DNA of 58,198 nt from an uncultured Desulfovibrionaceae bacterium (GTDB taxonomy: Bacteria; Desulfobacterota; Desulfovibrionia; Desulfovibrionales; Desulfovibrionaceae): contig CASFUJ010000001.1 in NCBI GenBank assembly GCA_949297645.1, positions 1-58,198 on the forward strand. Direction: 5' to 3'. The position numbers and the translations under genes are program-made. Below, piece after piece: positions 32,930 through 43,108 of this stretch. The notes under the pieces were generated by a model, which did no database searches, was not told the DNA's origin, and saw nothing but the letters and a program-made list of their open reading frames with translations. Each line of letters begins with the position of its first letter. Positions within the stretch are counted from its first letter, which is position 1.

Positions 32930-33697
32930 TCATTTTACCAGATAGCCACCGTCCACGGGAATCACGGCTCCACCGAGATAATCGCTGGCCGCCGAGGCCA
33001 GGAATATCACCGTCCCCTTCATATCATCGGGGGTTCCCCAGCGTCCCGCCGGTATCCGGTCCACAATCTGCTGAAAGCGAGGATTGTTCCTGTCCGTAAG
33101 CGCCACATTCATATCCGTAGCCATATATCCGGGAGCAATGGCGTTCACGTTGACGCCGCGCTTCATCCAGTCATTGGAAAGAGCCTTGGTGAGCTGAGCA
33201 ATGCCCCCCTTGGACGCGGCATAGGCAGGAATGGTCTGCCCGCCGAAGAAGGATATCATGGACGCCACATTGATAATCTTGCCGCGTCCGGCATTGAGCA
33301 TCATTCTGCCCGCTTCCTGGCAGAGGATGAACACGGAATCAAGATTCACGTTCAACACTTCATCCCATTCATTCATGGGGAATTCTTCAGCGCTGTGACG
33401 ACGCTGTATGCCGTGCGCCGTTACCAGAATATCCAGCGTTCCCCCCAGCTTTTCCACACATTCCGCAAACGCCCGGTACACTTCTTCCCGATTATGAAAA
33501 TCGGCCTTCACGGCGTGGCAGCGGAAACCGCGTTCACAAAAACTCTCCGCAACGGAGAAACAGGTATCGGAAGTGCCTACGATGACCACTTCCGCACCGG
33601 CTTCCATCAACCCTTCCGCCATGCCGCGACCGAGTCCTCTGGTTCCGCCGGTGACAATGGCTTTTCTGCCGGTGAGATCAAACAGATTCATGCTCAT
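32930..33697 (-). CDS. kduD: 2-dehydro-3-deoxy-D-gluconate 5-dehydrogenase-like SDR
   Basis: LFDLTGRKAIVTGG, YAASKGG, NVNAIAPGYMATD, RIPAGRWG; clustered with kdgK and eda. Confidence 0.8.
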   Translation of the reverse strand: MSMNLFDLTGRKAIVTGGTRGLGRGMAEGLMEAGAEVVIVGTSDTCFSVAESFCERGFRCHAVKADFHNREEVYRAFAECVEKLGGTLDILVTAHGIQRRHSAEEFPMNEWDEVLNVNLDSVFILCQEAGRMMLNAGRGKIINVASMISFFGGQTIPAYAASKGGIAQLTKALSNDWMKRGVNVNAIAPGYMATDMNVALTDRNNPRFQQIVDRIPAGRWGTPDDMKGTVIFLASAASDYLGGAVIPVDGGYLVK

Positions 33698-33746
33698 ACT
33701 GCACTCCCTGACGGGCCGGCCGGAAGGCCGGCCCGGACATGACGCT

Positions 33747-34706
33747 CTAAATCTTGTTTACGGGGCTGCGCAGGGCTTCCCCACGGGCAAAGCGCACAGC
33801 TTCCTCGGCGACCTTGCGCTTCAGCTCGGAAGCCGCCTGTTCGGAGTACCAGGCCATGTGCGGCGTACAGATGAAGTTCTCATGACGCAGCAGCGGAGAG
33901 TCGAAATCAATGGGCTCCTTCTCCGTTACGTCCAGCGCGGCGCCGGCAATGGAGCCCTCGGCAAGAGCCTTGTCAAGAGCAACTTCGTCGATGAGGCCGC
34001 CACGGGACGTATTCACGATATAGGCAGTGGGCTTCATCTTGGCCAGGGCCCCGGCATTCACGATATTGCGCGTCTGCGCGGTAAGAGGCATATGAAGCAC
34101 TACAACATCGGAAGTACGCAGCAGCGTATCGAGGTCCACCGGTTCGATGTAGTCCGTACCGTCCGCCGCATTGGGCTTGTAGTACGGGTCATAGCCCACG
34201 ACCTTGCCGAACAGCGCCTTTGCCTTGAAGGCAAAATTACGTCCGTTTCGGCCAAGACCGGCAACGCCCAGCGTCTGCTCGGAAAGGCGGAACAGCGGAA
34301 TGGAATCCTCATAGTTCCAGCGACCCTTGCGTACGCCGGCATTCATGAAGGATACCTTGCGCGTCAGATCCAGCGTCAGGGCCAGCGCCTGGTCCGCCAC
34401 CTCGTTCATACCGTAGTCCGGCACGTTGCACACCTGCACGCCAAGCTCGGTGGCCGCGGCGACATCAATATTGTTCACCCCTACGCCGTAACGCACAATC
34501 TGCTTGATTTCAGGACGCAGCGCTTCCAGAACCCGACGGGTGAACGGGGCGTACTGGTTGATGAAAATCTCCCCGCCCTTACATTCGCGGATGAGGTCGT
34601 CCTCCGAACGGCACTGCTTCAGCTCGAAGGAAAGCCCGGCAGCCTCAAGAACCGCCGTTTCTTCATTGAGATTGACATGGTCGCAGTCGGAAACAATGAT
34701 TCTCAT
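33747..34706 (-). CDS. D-isomer 2-hydroxyacid dehydrogenase (CtBP-like)
   Basis: RYGVGVNNID, NVPDYG, VNTSRGG, ALDVTEKEP, TPHMAWYS. Confidence 0.88.
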   Translation of the reverse strand: MRIIVSDCDHVNLNEETAVLEAAGLSFELKQCRSEDDLIRECKGGEIFINQYAPFTRRVLEALRPEIKQIVRYGVGVNNIDVAAATELGVQVCNVPDYGMNEVADQALALTLDLTRKVSFMNAGVRKGRWNYEDSIPLFRLSEQTLGVAGLGRNGRNFAFKAKALFGKVVGYDPYYKPNAADGTDYIEPVDLDTLLRTSDVVVLHMPLTAQTRNIVNAGALAKMKPTAYIVNTSRGGLIDEVALDKALAEGSIAGAALDVTEKEPIDFDSPLLRHENFICTPHMAWYSEQAASELKRKVAEEAVRFARGEALRSPVNKI

Positions 34707-34716
34707 GGTTCTCTCC

Positions 34717-35592
34717 CTACTTCTTGTCGCCGGTGAACAGCGCCACCATGTCCTGCACACCGGGAAGCTGCTTGCTGAGATAGGCATACTCAGGGTCGAA
34801 GTTCTGCACCAGCGAGTGCTGGGTATGGCCGACAAGAATGGTGAAAATGTACGCGGCATGACCAGGAGAGGTCACTCCGGGATGATAGCCCTTGGAAATG
34901 AGGAACGTATCACCGGAGCGCATGTGCCACACACGGGGGGAGGCCTCGTCTCCCTTTACATAGTCAAACTGTGCGCCGAAGCCGTTTTCGGGATTGTAAT
35001 GGAAGTGATAGACTTCCTCGAAGCCGGTTTCCTTCCAGGTGCCGTCGGCCCGGGGAATATCGTTGCCGTGCTTGTGAGGCGGATAACCGGCCCAGCATCC
35101 GGGGTCGGCATACAGTTCACTCACCAGCAGATTGCCGGTGCGGCCTTCATCCTTGGCGCCGAGAATATGATTGATGACGCGGCGGGAATGGGTTTCCACG
35201 GAACCGACTTCCACAGGCTTCACATCTTCAGGTTTGATGCGATAGGGTTCGTGGTATTCTTCGCAGCGGCCGCCGGCAACGAAAATCACCACATCGTCCG
35301 ACACGCAGGTGACGTTGATTTTCGCCCCCGCCGGGGCATACACGGAGTCGGAACGCTGGTTCGCCCAGATACTGTCACGATTGCCGACGTTCTCGAACAC
35401 CTTGCCGTCCACATCTATGTTGCAACGACCATGGGTAAGCACCCAGCAGGTTTCATAACCTTCGACGCAGGTATAGTGCGTTTCGCCTTTCTTCAACCGC
35501 ACAATATTGAAATAGGTGCGGGGCAGAAAATCATCGTTGGCGTCAATGATGGGTTCGTTATGATTATCATAGGCTCTGATGAAACGAGGCAT
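34717..35592 (-). CDS. iolB: IolB/KduI-family isomerase (5-deoxyglucuronate isomerase-like)
   Basis: WAGYPPHKH, FEEVYHF, KGYHPGV. Confidence 0.82.
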   Translation of the reverse strand: MPRFIRAYDNHNEPIIDANDDFLPRTYFNIVRLKKGETHYTCVEGYETCWVLTHGRCNIDVDGKVFENVGNRDSIWANQRSDSVYAPAGAKINVTCVSDDVVIFVAGGRCEEYHEPYRIKPEDVKPVEVGSVETHSRRVINHILGAKDEGRTGNLLVSELYADPGCWAGYPPHKHGNDIPRADGTWKETGFEEVYHFHYNPENGFGAQFDYVKGDEASPRVWHMRSGDTFLISKGYHPGVTSPGHAAYIFTILVGHTQHSLVQNFDPEYAYLSKQLPGVQDMVALFTGDKK

Positions 35593-35727
35593 GTTTTCCT
35601 CCTGTTCCGAAAGACGTTCGGAACACTTGCAGATGTCATGTTGATGGTCAGAAACGAAAGGCTTCCGCCCGGAAACGCTGCCTGACGGCCGGGGGATATG
35701 CCGTCAGGCATCAATACGTTCCCTTCT

Positions 35728-37119
35728 TCAGTTTTTCCGGGCAAATACGCAGTCGGGCTTTGCCAGGAAGGGGAACAGCAACCCGGCCAGGTCAGACGTA
35801 GGCAACACTTCATCGTGCAGCCGTATGCCCAGCTTCTCGCGCATGAAACGCTGGCGCTCCAGCATCCGCTTCATGCAGAGGGGGGCCATGCTCTGAATAC
35901 GATCCCTCATGGTCTTGTCGGCCAGAATCACACCGTCTTCAATGTGCACTCCCAGATTGCTGTAACGGCTCTGGCGGGCCGTAAAGTCACACTGCAGCAT
36001 CATCCCCGAACGCAGTACGGTTCCATCCCCTTCCGAGAAAGGAGAATTCGTCCATTCTTCCGTATGGATGACATGGCCGGGGTTGAGACCGATACCGAAC
36101 TCCGCATAGGAACAGCCGATGGCGTCCCGTACAGCCTGCCAGACTTCTCCGCCCGTCGCGCCTATGGCGAGGGACTCATACCACACGCACACCGCCTGAA
36201 AGTACTTCTTGTACAGTCCTTCGTAAGCGCCGGGGAAGTTGTTCTCAAACTCTTCCCTGTCGCGTGCGTACACTCCCACGCGGTGTATCTGCGCACAACG
36301 ATACCCCATGCCGAAAGCGATATCCCGGCCGTATTCCAGACGCGTCCACGAATCGGGACTGAGTATGCCCCTGCCCTTGAAGCAGATATTGGGATGGGTC
36401 GGACAGGGCTCACCGTCGATATTGAAGGCCTGCGAAGCCTCCAGTTCCGTCTGACCGGGGCGCAGGGAACAGATGAAATCCCAGGTCTTGCGACTGGCCT
36501 TGGTGGAGGCAAGTTCGGAAAGGATAAGTTCCTCGGCGCCGTGCGTCATGCGCAGACCGTTCTGATTGTCCATCATGAGGTCGTTGGCATTGCGCACATC
36601 CGGGCAGACCTCCCGGAGGGCGTCCACCAAGAAGGACGGCACCTCAAAGGTATGTTCCCACGCCGGCGTTTCCCTTGAGCAGAAGCTCTTCCAGCCCAGA
36701 AGGCCTACATGAGACCGTTCATCCATACCCGCACTGCGGAATATGCCTGCCGGAGACTGGCTGCTTCCACGGGCCTGCCCCAGAGGACTGAGCATCTGAC
36801 AGAGAACGCGCTTCACAGGAATCGTGATGCAGAGAGACTGCCCCATGCCTTCGTTACCCAGAACAAGGACCGGCGTTTCCCCTTTCTGAAGGATGAGAAA
36901 ACATTCCTCGAAACGGGGGTCGTAACCGGTAACATATTCCAGATTGGAAAAGTGCTCCCTGTCCGCATAGATGACCAGATGGGTAAACGCTCTGCCGGCT
37001 TCAAGAAGAGCGGCAGTGCGCTCCTGATACATCTGCGGCGTAATGGCAGGCGCCTCGCTGTAGTCGAGAGGCACGCCTTCATTCAGTCGCCCTGTATGAG
37101 GGATAAGTTCTATGCTCAT
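35728..37119 (-). CDS. M24/creatinase-fold hydrolase-like protein lacking canonical metal ligands
   Basis: YADREHFSN..GYDPRFEE N-domain; LNPGHVIH, MLQCD, IEDG pita-bread segments. Confidence 0.7.
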   Translation of the reverse strand: MSIELIPHTGRLNEGVPLDYSEAPAITPQMYQERTAALLEAGRAFTHLVIYADREHFSNLEYVTGYDPRFEECFLILQKGETPVLVLGNEGMGQSLCITIPVKRVLCQMLSPLGQARGSSQSPAGIFRSAGMDERSHVGLLGWKSFCSRETPAWEHTFEVPSFLVDALREVCPDVRNANDLMMDNQNGLRMTHGAEELILSELASTKASRKTWDFICSLRPGQTELEASQAFNIDGEPCPTHPNICFKGRGILSPDSWTRLEYGRDIAFGMGYRCAQIHRVGVYARDREEFENNFPGAYEGLYKKYFQAVCVWYESLAIGATGGEVWQAVRDAIGCSYAEFGIGLNPGHVIHTEEWTNSPFSEGDGTVLRSGMMLQCDFTARQSRYSNLGVHIEDGVILADKTMRDRIQSMAPLCMKRMLERQRFMREKLGIRLHDEVLPTSDLAGLLFPFLAKPDCVFARKN

Positions 37120-37123
37120 GCCC

Positions 37124-38155
37124 TTAGTCCTTCCAGCCAATGCGGGCCTTGATAACGTCACGATGTTCCCAGGCCGGCGGATTGTGGTCGTTGCGTTCCT
37201 CAATATGTACGGCAAAGCCCGCAATCTGCTCCTTGAGATAAATGACATACGTCTTGCCGTTGAAGGGCTTCACATGCTCATGGTCAAATTCCACACCCTT
37301 CTTTTCCAGATAGAAGACCGCACGTTCCAGATTATCGGTATAGTATCCGAGGTGACCGTGAGGGCCGCGCACCACGAAGGGCATCTTGGTGATTTCCACC
37401 TCATGGCCGACATAGGAAGAACTGCGGGTGTCGCCCATGACGAGATTGAACATATCCGCCAGACGGAAAAGATTCCTGTAGCCTTCCTCTTCCGTGTCAC
37501 AGTTGATGCCCATATGGCAGAACTGGAAATTGAGCACGGCGAACATGGCATCGCGCGCCAGCTTGCGGATGGCGTCGAAATCTCCGGCTTCCATGAGGGC
37601 ACGGGGCGTGATGCAGCTTGCGCCTACGGCGATGACGTTGGGGTTCAGCAGATACTCCGAGAACTTTTCTGGGGTGATTCCCCCCGTGGGCAGGAAGCGC
37701 ACGCCCTGATAGACGGCGGCAAGGGAGTTAATCATCTTCAGAGCGCCCGCAGCTTCTGCAGGGAAAAACTTGACCACGTCAAGGCCGCAGGCCACGGCCT
37801 TCTGCACATCCGAAGCCGTGGAGCAGCCGGGGATGACCAGAACACCCTTTTCCTGGCAGAATCTGACAATCTCTTCACTGAAGCCGGGCGTCACGATGAA
37901 CTTCGCACCGGCATCCAGCGCCTTGCGGGCCTGTTCGACAGAAAGCACGGTACCGGCGCCCACGAGCATGCCGGGACAGGCGGCCAGCATATCGGCAATG
38001 GCTTCAGCCGCACATTCGGTACGGAACGTGACTTCCGCGATTTCCAGTTCTCCGGCGCAAAGAGCCTTGGCCAGAGGAGCTGCATGTTCACGCGTATCAA
38101 CGGCCACGACAGGAACAATCCCGTACTTGTAGATGAGTTCCTTGATATCAGCCAT
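37124..38155 (-). CDS. eda: KDPG/KHG aldolase with C-terminal extension
   Basis: EVTFRT, VGAGTVL, KFFPAE (Schiff-base Lys), PTGGI; about 130 extra C-terminal residues. Confidence 0.88.
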   Translation of the reverse strand: MADIKELIYKYGIVPVVAVDTREHAAPLAKALCAGELEIAEVTFRTECAAEAIADMLAACPGMLVGAGTVLSVEQARKALDAGAKFIVTPGFSEEIVRFCQEKGVLVIPGCSTASDVQKAVACGLDVVKFFPAEAAGALKMINSLAAVYQGVRFLPTGGITPEKFSEYLLNPNVIAVGASCITPRALMEAGDFDAIRKLARDAMFAVLNFQFCHMGINCDTEEEGYRNLFRLADMFNLVMGDTRSSSYVGHEVEITKMPFVVRGPHGHLGYYTDNLERAVFYLEKKGVEFDHEHVKPFNGKTYVIYLKEQIAGFAVHIEERNDHNPPAWEHRDVIKARIGWKD

Positions 38156-38222
38156 GTTTTCTCTCCTTGAGGTTTTGCCTGTCCCGCACATGCAGGACAG
38201 GCTGCTGAAGCAACGGGAAAAA

Positions 38223-40136
38223 TTATTGCACTGCAGGCTCTGAAGGCGCGGCGGCGCCGGGCTTCTTCCTGTCGCGGTTGATGAACAGAATGATTACCAG
38301 AGCGGCGTATCCGATAATATCGGTCATGAGACCGGGAATGATGCAGCAGATGGACGCGGCCACAACGGCAATGCGCCAGGGCATGGCCAGAGGTTTCGTG
38401 TGGAATCCGGATATGGCGACAGCCAGACCGTAACTGCCCACAAAGAGGGATATGGCGGCCGTAACCGTATCCATAAACGCACCCTGGAGAAGCAGCGCAG
38501 GTTCGTAGGCGAAAGCGAAGGGAACAAGGAAAGCCACGATGGCGTAGCTGAACGCCGTCCATCCTGTTTTCCATGCGTTTGCCTCCGCTATGCCCGCAGC
38601 CGTAAAGGATGCTACGCACACGGGCGGCGTGAGCTGAGCCATGACGCCGAAGTAGAAGCAGAACATGTGCGCGATGAAGATGGGCAGACCGAGATTCACC
38701 AGAGGAGAAGCGAACAGGGTGACGGAAATGAGGTAGGCCGCCACGGTAGGCATGGCCATGCCGAGCATCATGCAGCAGACCATGGCGAGCAGAAGGGCCA
38801 CCAGCAGGCTGGAGCCGCCGAGAACGGCCAGCAGGGAAGAGAACTTGTTGGCCAGACCGGACTGCACCACCACACCGATGATGATACCGCAACCGGCCAC
38901 GGGAATGGTGATGTTCGCGGCCTGACGGATGCCGTCCATGAAGGCGCTGTACAATTCGCGAAGGCCAAGACGGTTACGGTTGACGAGGTTGAGGGCAAGC
39001 ACGCCGAGCGTGGAGTAGCAGGCCGAAAGACGCAGAGAATAACCGGTCATCACCAGCGTGACCAGCACGATGCAGGGCAGCAACAGATACAGACGGGGAA
39101 GAATGGGAGCCGTCTTGATGACAAGTTCCTTGTCGTCAACTTTGATGGCGCCGTTCAGATACACGTTCTTCTTGGCCAGAAACCCTACCAGCATGAACAC
39201 GGAGCCGAAATAGGCGATGGCCGGAATGGCGGCCGAGAGCGCAATGGTGCCGTAGCTCATGCCCAGAAGTTCCGCCATGATGAAGGCACCCACGCCCATG
39301 ATGGGAGGCATGATCTGGCCGCCGGTGCTGGCCACCGCTTCAATGGCACCCGCTTCGTGGGGCTTGTAGCCGACCTTCTTCATCATGGGAATGGTCATTA
39401 CGCCGGTGGTAGTGACGTTGGCCACCGCGGAACCGGAGACCATGCCCATGAGGCCGGACGAAATAACGGCCGCCTTGGCGGGACCGCCGGATTTGGGGTC
39501 GCTGACCTTCATGCCGATATCAATCAGCACCTGACCGCCGCCGCATACTGCAAAAAAGGCACCGAAAATGATGAAGTAGAAAATATAGCTGGCGGTAGGT
39601 CCGAGAGCGGAACCGAAGATACCTTCGGAACCCATGGTCATGATTTCCGCAAAGGCTTCCACGTTGAAACCGGGGAAATGGAGAAGACCGGGCAGTTTAT
39701 CGCCGAAAAAGGCATAGACGATGAATATGCCTACGAAAACCAGCAGGTTGAGTCCCAGGACCCTGCGCATGGTTTCCAGCAGCAGAAGCATGATGATGTA
39801 GAAGGCGATGAGGTCTTCGCTCATCACTTCCGAAATGTAGGGGATACGGGTAAGGATGCGCTCAGAGTCAAAATAGAAAAGGTATCCCACCCAGATGCAC
39901 AACGGTATGACTGCGAAGTCCAGCAGTCGCAGGACGGGCCACCTGCTGCTGCCCGGGAAGGGAAAGCTCAGGCAGACTATGCAGAACGCGAAGGACAGAA
40001 AGATGGGGAGCAGAACCAGCGGATGAATGGGGATGACGAAGGAGAACAGAATCTGGGAAACCATCCAGCCTACGCCGAGTATCCCGAGAACTATAGGAAC
40101 AATCGTATTTTCCAGAATGCCTTTTTCGGTGTTCAT
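38223..40136 (-). CDS. TRAP fused permease (TAXI type)
   Basis: GGPAKAAVISSG, GSAVANVTTTG, EAVASTGGQIMPPIMG, LGMAMPT. Confidence 0.93.
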   Translation of the reverse strand: MNTEKGILENTIVPIVLGILGVGWMVSQILFSFVIPIHPLVLLPIFLSFAFCIVCLSFPFPGSSRWPVLRLLDFAVIPLCIWVGYLFYFDSERILTRIPYISEVMSEDLIAFYIIMLLLLETMRRVLGLNLLVFVGIFIVYAFFGDKLPGLLHFPGFNVEAFAEIMTMGSEGIFGSALGPTASYIFYFIIFGAFFAVCGGGQVLIDIGMKVSDPKSGGPAKAAVISSGLMGMVSGSAVANVTTTGVMTIPMMKKVGYKPHEAGAIEAVASTGGQIMPPIMGVGAFIMAELLGMSYGTIALSAAIPAIAYFGSVFMLVGFLAKKNVYLNGAIKVDDKELVIKTAPILPRLYLLLPCIVLVTLVMTGYSLRLSACYSTLGVLALNLVNRNRLGLRELYSAFMDGIRQAANITIPVAGCGIIIGVVVQSGLANKFSSLLAVLGGSSLLVALLLAMVCCMMLGMAMPTVAAYLISVTLFASPLVNLGLPIFIAHMFCFYFGVMAQLTPPVCVASFTAAGIAEANAWKTGWTAFSYAIVAFLVPFAFAYEPALLLQGAFMDTVTAAISLFVGSYGLAVAISGFHTKPLAMPWRIAVVAASICCIIPGLMTDIIGYAALVIILFINRDRKKPGAAAPSEPAVQ

Positions 40137-40293
40137 GAGTAGTCCTTCTTCTGACGAACCAGAGGCAGAGTCGTTAAGGCTGCTTATTCAGGCCGAAGTC
40201 GGTCGAGCCTGCCCGGCAGGAGCTTTTTCAGGTGCAAAACGAGACCCGGAGTCAAATCCCCGGCCAGGCGTTTCCAATAAGTGAAAAGGAATA

Positions 40294-40839
40294 TCAGTTG
40301 AGAACGGGCTTTCGCGTCAGCACTCTCTCAATGGACGCGAAGAGTACCGTATGCATGTCGTCCTTATGAACGCCATGCCCATACCACTCATCGAACAGTG
40401 CCTGCTCCACAAAGCCTGCGCGGTCGATATCGCCGGCGTACATGGTTCTGCAGAGCAACACTGTCTCCGATTCGGCAAAGAACGGCACCTCGTCATCAAA
40501 CAGCGTCGTAAATCCGCAATGGGCAATTTTATCACAGGCATGCCCGGAGTGACGACCGCAGTATGTGAGCTTGTCACGGTATGAGACGTCGAAAAAAGCA
40601 AGGGAGAACGCTCTGTTTTCAAGGATGAAAGGCAGCGTGTGACGCGATTTGCGTATCGCGGCCACGGCAAGATTTCTACCCCACAGAAAACCGAAAGCTC
40701 CCCAGCTGATGGTCATGGTAGCCGCACCGCTTGTCTTGTTTCCGGCGGTAATGAGCATCCAGTCGCTGTTAATCCCGCCTGCGCAGCGTGCGACGATGCG
40801 CGCAGGGTCGATATCGACAAAGTCAGGGAAGTTTTCCAT
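40294..40839 (-). CDS. Flavin reductase/flavoredoxin-like protein
   Basis: WMLITAG..MTISWG..WGR, R..RHT, CGRHSG..DK, HTVLFA. Confidence 0.8.
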   Translation of the reverse strand: MENFPDFVDIDPARIVARCAGGINSDWMLITAGNKTSGAATMTISWGAFGFLWGRNLAVAAIRKSRHTLPFILENRAFSLAFFDVSYRDKLTYCGRHSGHACDKIAHCGFTTLFDDEVPFFAESETVLLCRTMYAGDIDRAGFVEQALFDEWYGHGVHKDDMHTVLFASIERVLTRKPVLN

Positions 40840-40924
40840 GGCTGCACTCCTTGTACGGAACATAGAGGATGTCCTGTCCCTTGAAAGAAAACCGCCGGCA
40901 GACGGCTCCACCGGCGGCAGTATG

Positions 40925-41905
40925 CTACAGACCGAGTTTGGCCAGCACCTGGGGATTCACGATATGGGGGAAGCGCTTGTGCTCAAAGTATTCGATGATA
41001 TTCTCGCCGGCAGCCGCGACCATACCGGCCTTATCCTCGTAGGTCGAAGTGCCCATGTGAGCCGTCACGACCACATTGGGGAACTTCAGCAGTTCAGGAT
41101 TGATATTGGGCTCGGTTTCAAACACGTCGAGGCCGGCGCCGGCAAGCTTGCCGGACTTGAGGCAACGGATAAGGGCTTCTTCATCGATAATCTTGCCGCG
41201 CCCCTGGTTGAAGATGTAAGCATCGGGCTTCATCATCTCCAGTTCCCTGTCGCTGATCATGTGGAAGGTCTCGGGCGTAAGCGGAGCGTTGATGAACACG
41301 GCGTCGGAAGTGCGGAGCAGTTCTTCAAGGCTCACCAGCTTCGCGCCGCCGAGGAAGCCTTCAAGCTCCTCACCCACGCTCTTGCGGTTGTTGTAGATGA
41401 TGTTCATGCCGAAGGCGAGGGCGCGCTTGGCTACACCGCGGCCGATACGTCCCATGCCGATGATACCGAGGGTCTTGTTGCGCATGCTGTGGCCGAGGTT
41501 GGCAATGGGGCCCCAGGGCAGACCGGGCACCGTACGCAGCTCATGGTTGAGACGGGCGATATTGCGCATGGTAGCGGCGATGAGGGCAATACCGAATTCG
41601 GCGGTCACTTCATGCACGGCGGTCATGTTGGCGACAACAATGCCCTTTTCCGTAGCGTAAGGAACATCGATATTGTCATAGCCCGCGCCGAAAGCACAGA
41701 TAATCTTCAAATCGGGCATGCGGTCGATGACTTCACGGTCAACCTTGAAGTTGGGGCAGACTATGGCTTCATAGGGAGAGCACATATCCAGAATTTCCTG
41801 GCGGCTCATCTTCTGCTTGGGGCAGAAGATATCATATCCGAGAGCCTGCATCCCGGCCAGGCCGGATTCAATCATAGGATGGGTGAACATAACTTTTCTG
41901 CTCAT
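40925..41905 (-). CDS. 2-hydroxyacid dehydrogenase (glyoxylate/2-ketogluconate reductase-like)
   Basis: GAGYDNID, GIIGMGRIG, GAGLDVFETEP, TAHMG. Confidence 0.88.
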   Translation of the reverse strand: MSRKVMFTHPMIESGLAGMQALGYDIFCPKQKMSRQEILDMCSPYEAIVCPNFKVDREVIDRMPDLKIICAFGAGYDNIDVPYATEKGIVVANMTAVHEVTAEFGIALIAATMRNIARLNHELRTVPGLPWGPIANLGHSMRNKTLGIIGMGRIGRGVAKRALAFGMNIIYNNRKSVGEELEGFLGGAKLVSLEELLRTSDAVFINAPLTPETFHMISDRELEMMKPDAYIFNQGRGKIIDEEALIRCLKSGKLAGAGLDVFETEPNINPELLKFPNVVVTAHMGTSTYEDKAGMVAAAGENIIEYFEHKRFPHIVNPQVLAKLGL

Positions 41906-41970
41906 GATATCAACTCCTTATAGGGTATCCCCCCTCCTGCGCCCCGAGGGCGCAGGAGGGCATGCGTTCT

Positions 41971-43020
41971 TTACTTGATGAGGCCGACTTCCTTGTAGTA
42001 CTTCACGGCGCCGGGATGCAGTTCCAGACCATTGAGCGCGGGCTCGGCGGAAAGGCTGGGGTCGTACTGTTCCATGACGGGAACCAGCTTCACAAGCTCA
42101 TCCTTGTTTTCGCAGATAGCCTTTACCATGGCATACACCACTTCATCAGGAAGGTCCTTGTCGCACACATAGGCGGAAGAGTTCACCATGGTTCTGAGGT
42201 CACGCCCCTGCCCGTTCCAGCTCGTGGAAGGCATAACCTTGGGCGCATAACCGTAGGTGGCAAGCTTCTCCAGCGTGCTGTCGGCAAGCTGGGGGAAATA
42301 CATGGTGGTGGTCATGGTCAGTTCGCTCATGGCAGGCTGTCCGAGCCCCACGATGTCAATGGACACGTCGGCCTTATTTTCACGAAGCATATCGGCCATC
42401 TGTCCGGGAGCGATACGATACACGTTGCCGCCCCACTTCTTGATGTCGTCGTAGGTAACGCCGATGGATTCCAGCAGCTGTACCGCGCCGAGTTCGCCGG
42501 CAGAACCGGGGGCCTTGGTCACAAGATTGAAGGGAATCTTCTTGGCGACGACCTCTTCAATGGTGTCGCAGCCGGACTTTTTGTGGAAGTCCTCAGTAAA
42601 CATGATGAGAAAATAGGCATAGTCGGTACCGGCAAGGATACTCTTGGCACGCTGAGGTGCAGGGAAAGGCTTGCCGTTCTGCAGATACTTGCCGGTACGC
42701 AACAGGTTGTTGGGCACGTTGATACCTTCCGCCAGATCCACGGCGCCCTTTTCCGTAAGCAGCGTGCCGGCCACACCGCCGGTGGAAATGGGCGCAATCT
42801 CGACGCTCCAGCCCTTGGGCAGATGCTCATTCATCACCTTGGCCATGGCCGAGGTGCGGGCATAGGCCGTAGAGCCCACGGACTGGGAGGCGAATTTCAG
42901 CTTGCGCGGCGTCTGCTCGGCAGCAGCGGCAATACCGGCAGAAGACATGAGAAAGGCAACGGACAGAACAAGGGTGGACAGTCTGGAAAGATTCACGGTG
43001 TTCTCCTTCTGTTGTAACAT
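41971..43020 (-). CDS. TAXI-family TRAP solute-binding protein
   Basis: Signal peptide, FASQSVGSTAY, LPDEVVY, LHPGAVKYYKEVG; start may be the GTG about 24 nt downstream. Confidence 0.85.
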   Translation of the reverse strand: MLQQKENTVNLSRLSTLVLSVAFLMSSAGIAAAAEQTPRKLKFASQSVGSTAYARTSAMAKVMNEHLPKGWSVEIAPISTGGVAGTLLTEKGAVDLAEGINVPNNLLRTGKYLQNGKPFPAPQRAKSILAGTDYAYFLIMFTEDFHKKSGCDTIEEVVAKKIPFNLVTKAPGSAGELGAVQLLESIGVTYDDIKKWGGNVYRIAPGQMADMLRENKADVSIDIVGLGQPAMSELTMTTTMYFPQLADSTLEKLATYGYAPKVMPSTSWNGQGRDLRTMVNSSAYVCDKDLPDEVVYAMVKAICENKDELVKLVPVMEQYDPSLSAEPALNGLELHPGAVKYYKEVGLIK

Positions 43021-43108
43021 GGCTGTGTTCTTTCAACAGCCCTTTCTGAGCCTATTCTCTTCAGCGGTCGCGCAGAAACATTCCGCCCGGCCGCCGGAAA
43101 GGACTCCA

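Noticed and set aside
34717-35592. Myo-inositol catabolism
   Set aside because: No iolG, iolE, iolD or iolC in the window; the neighbours point to a KDG route
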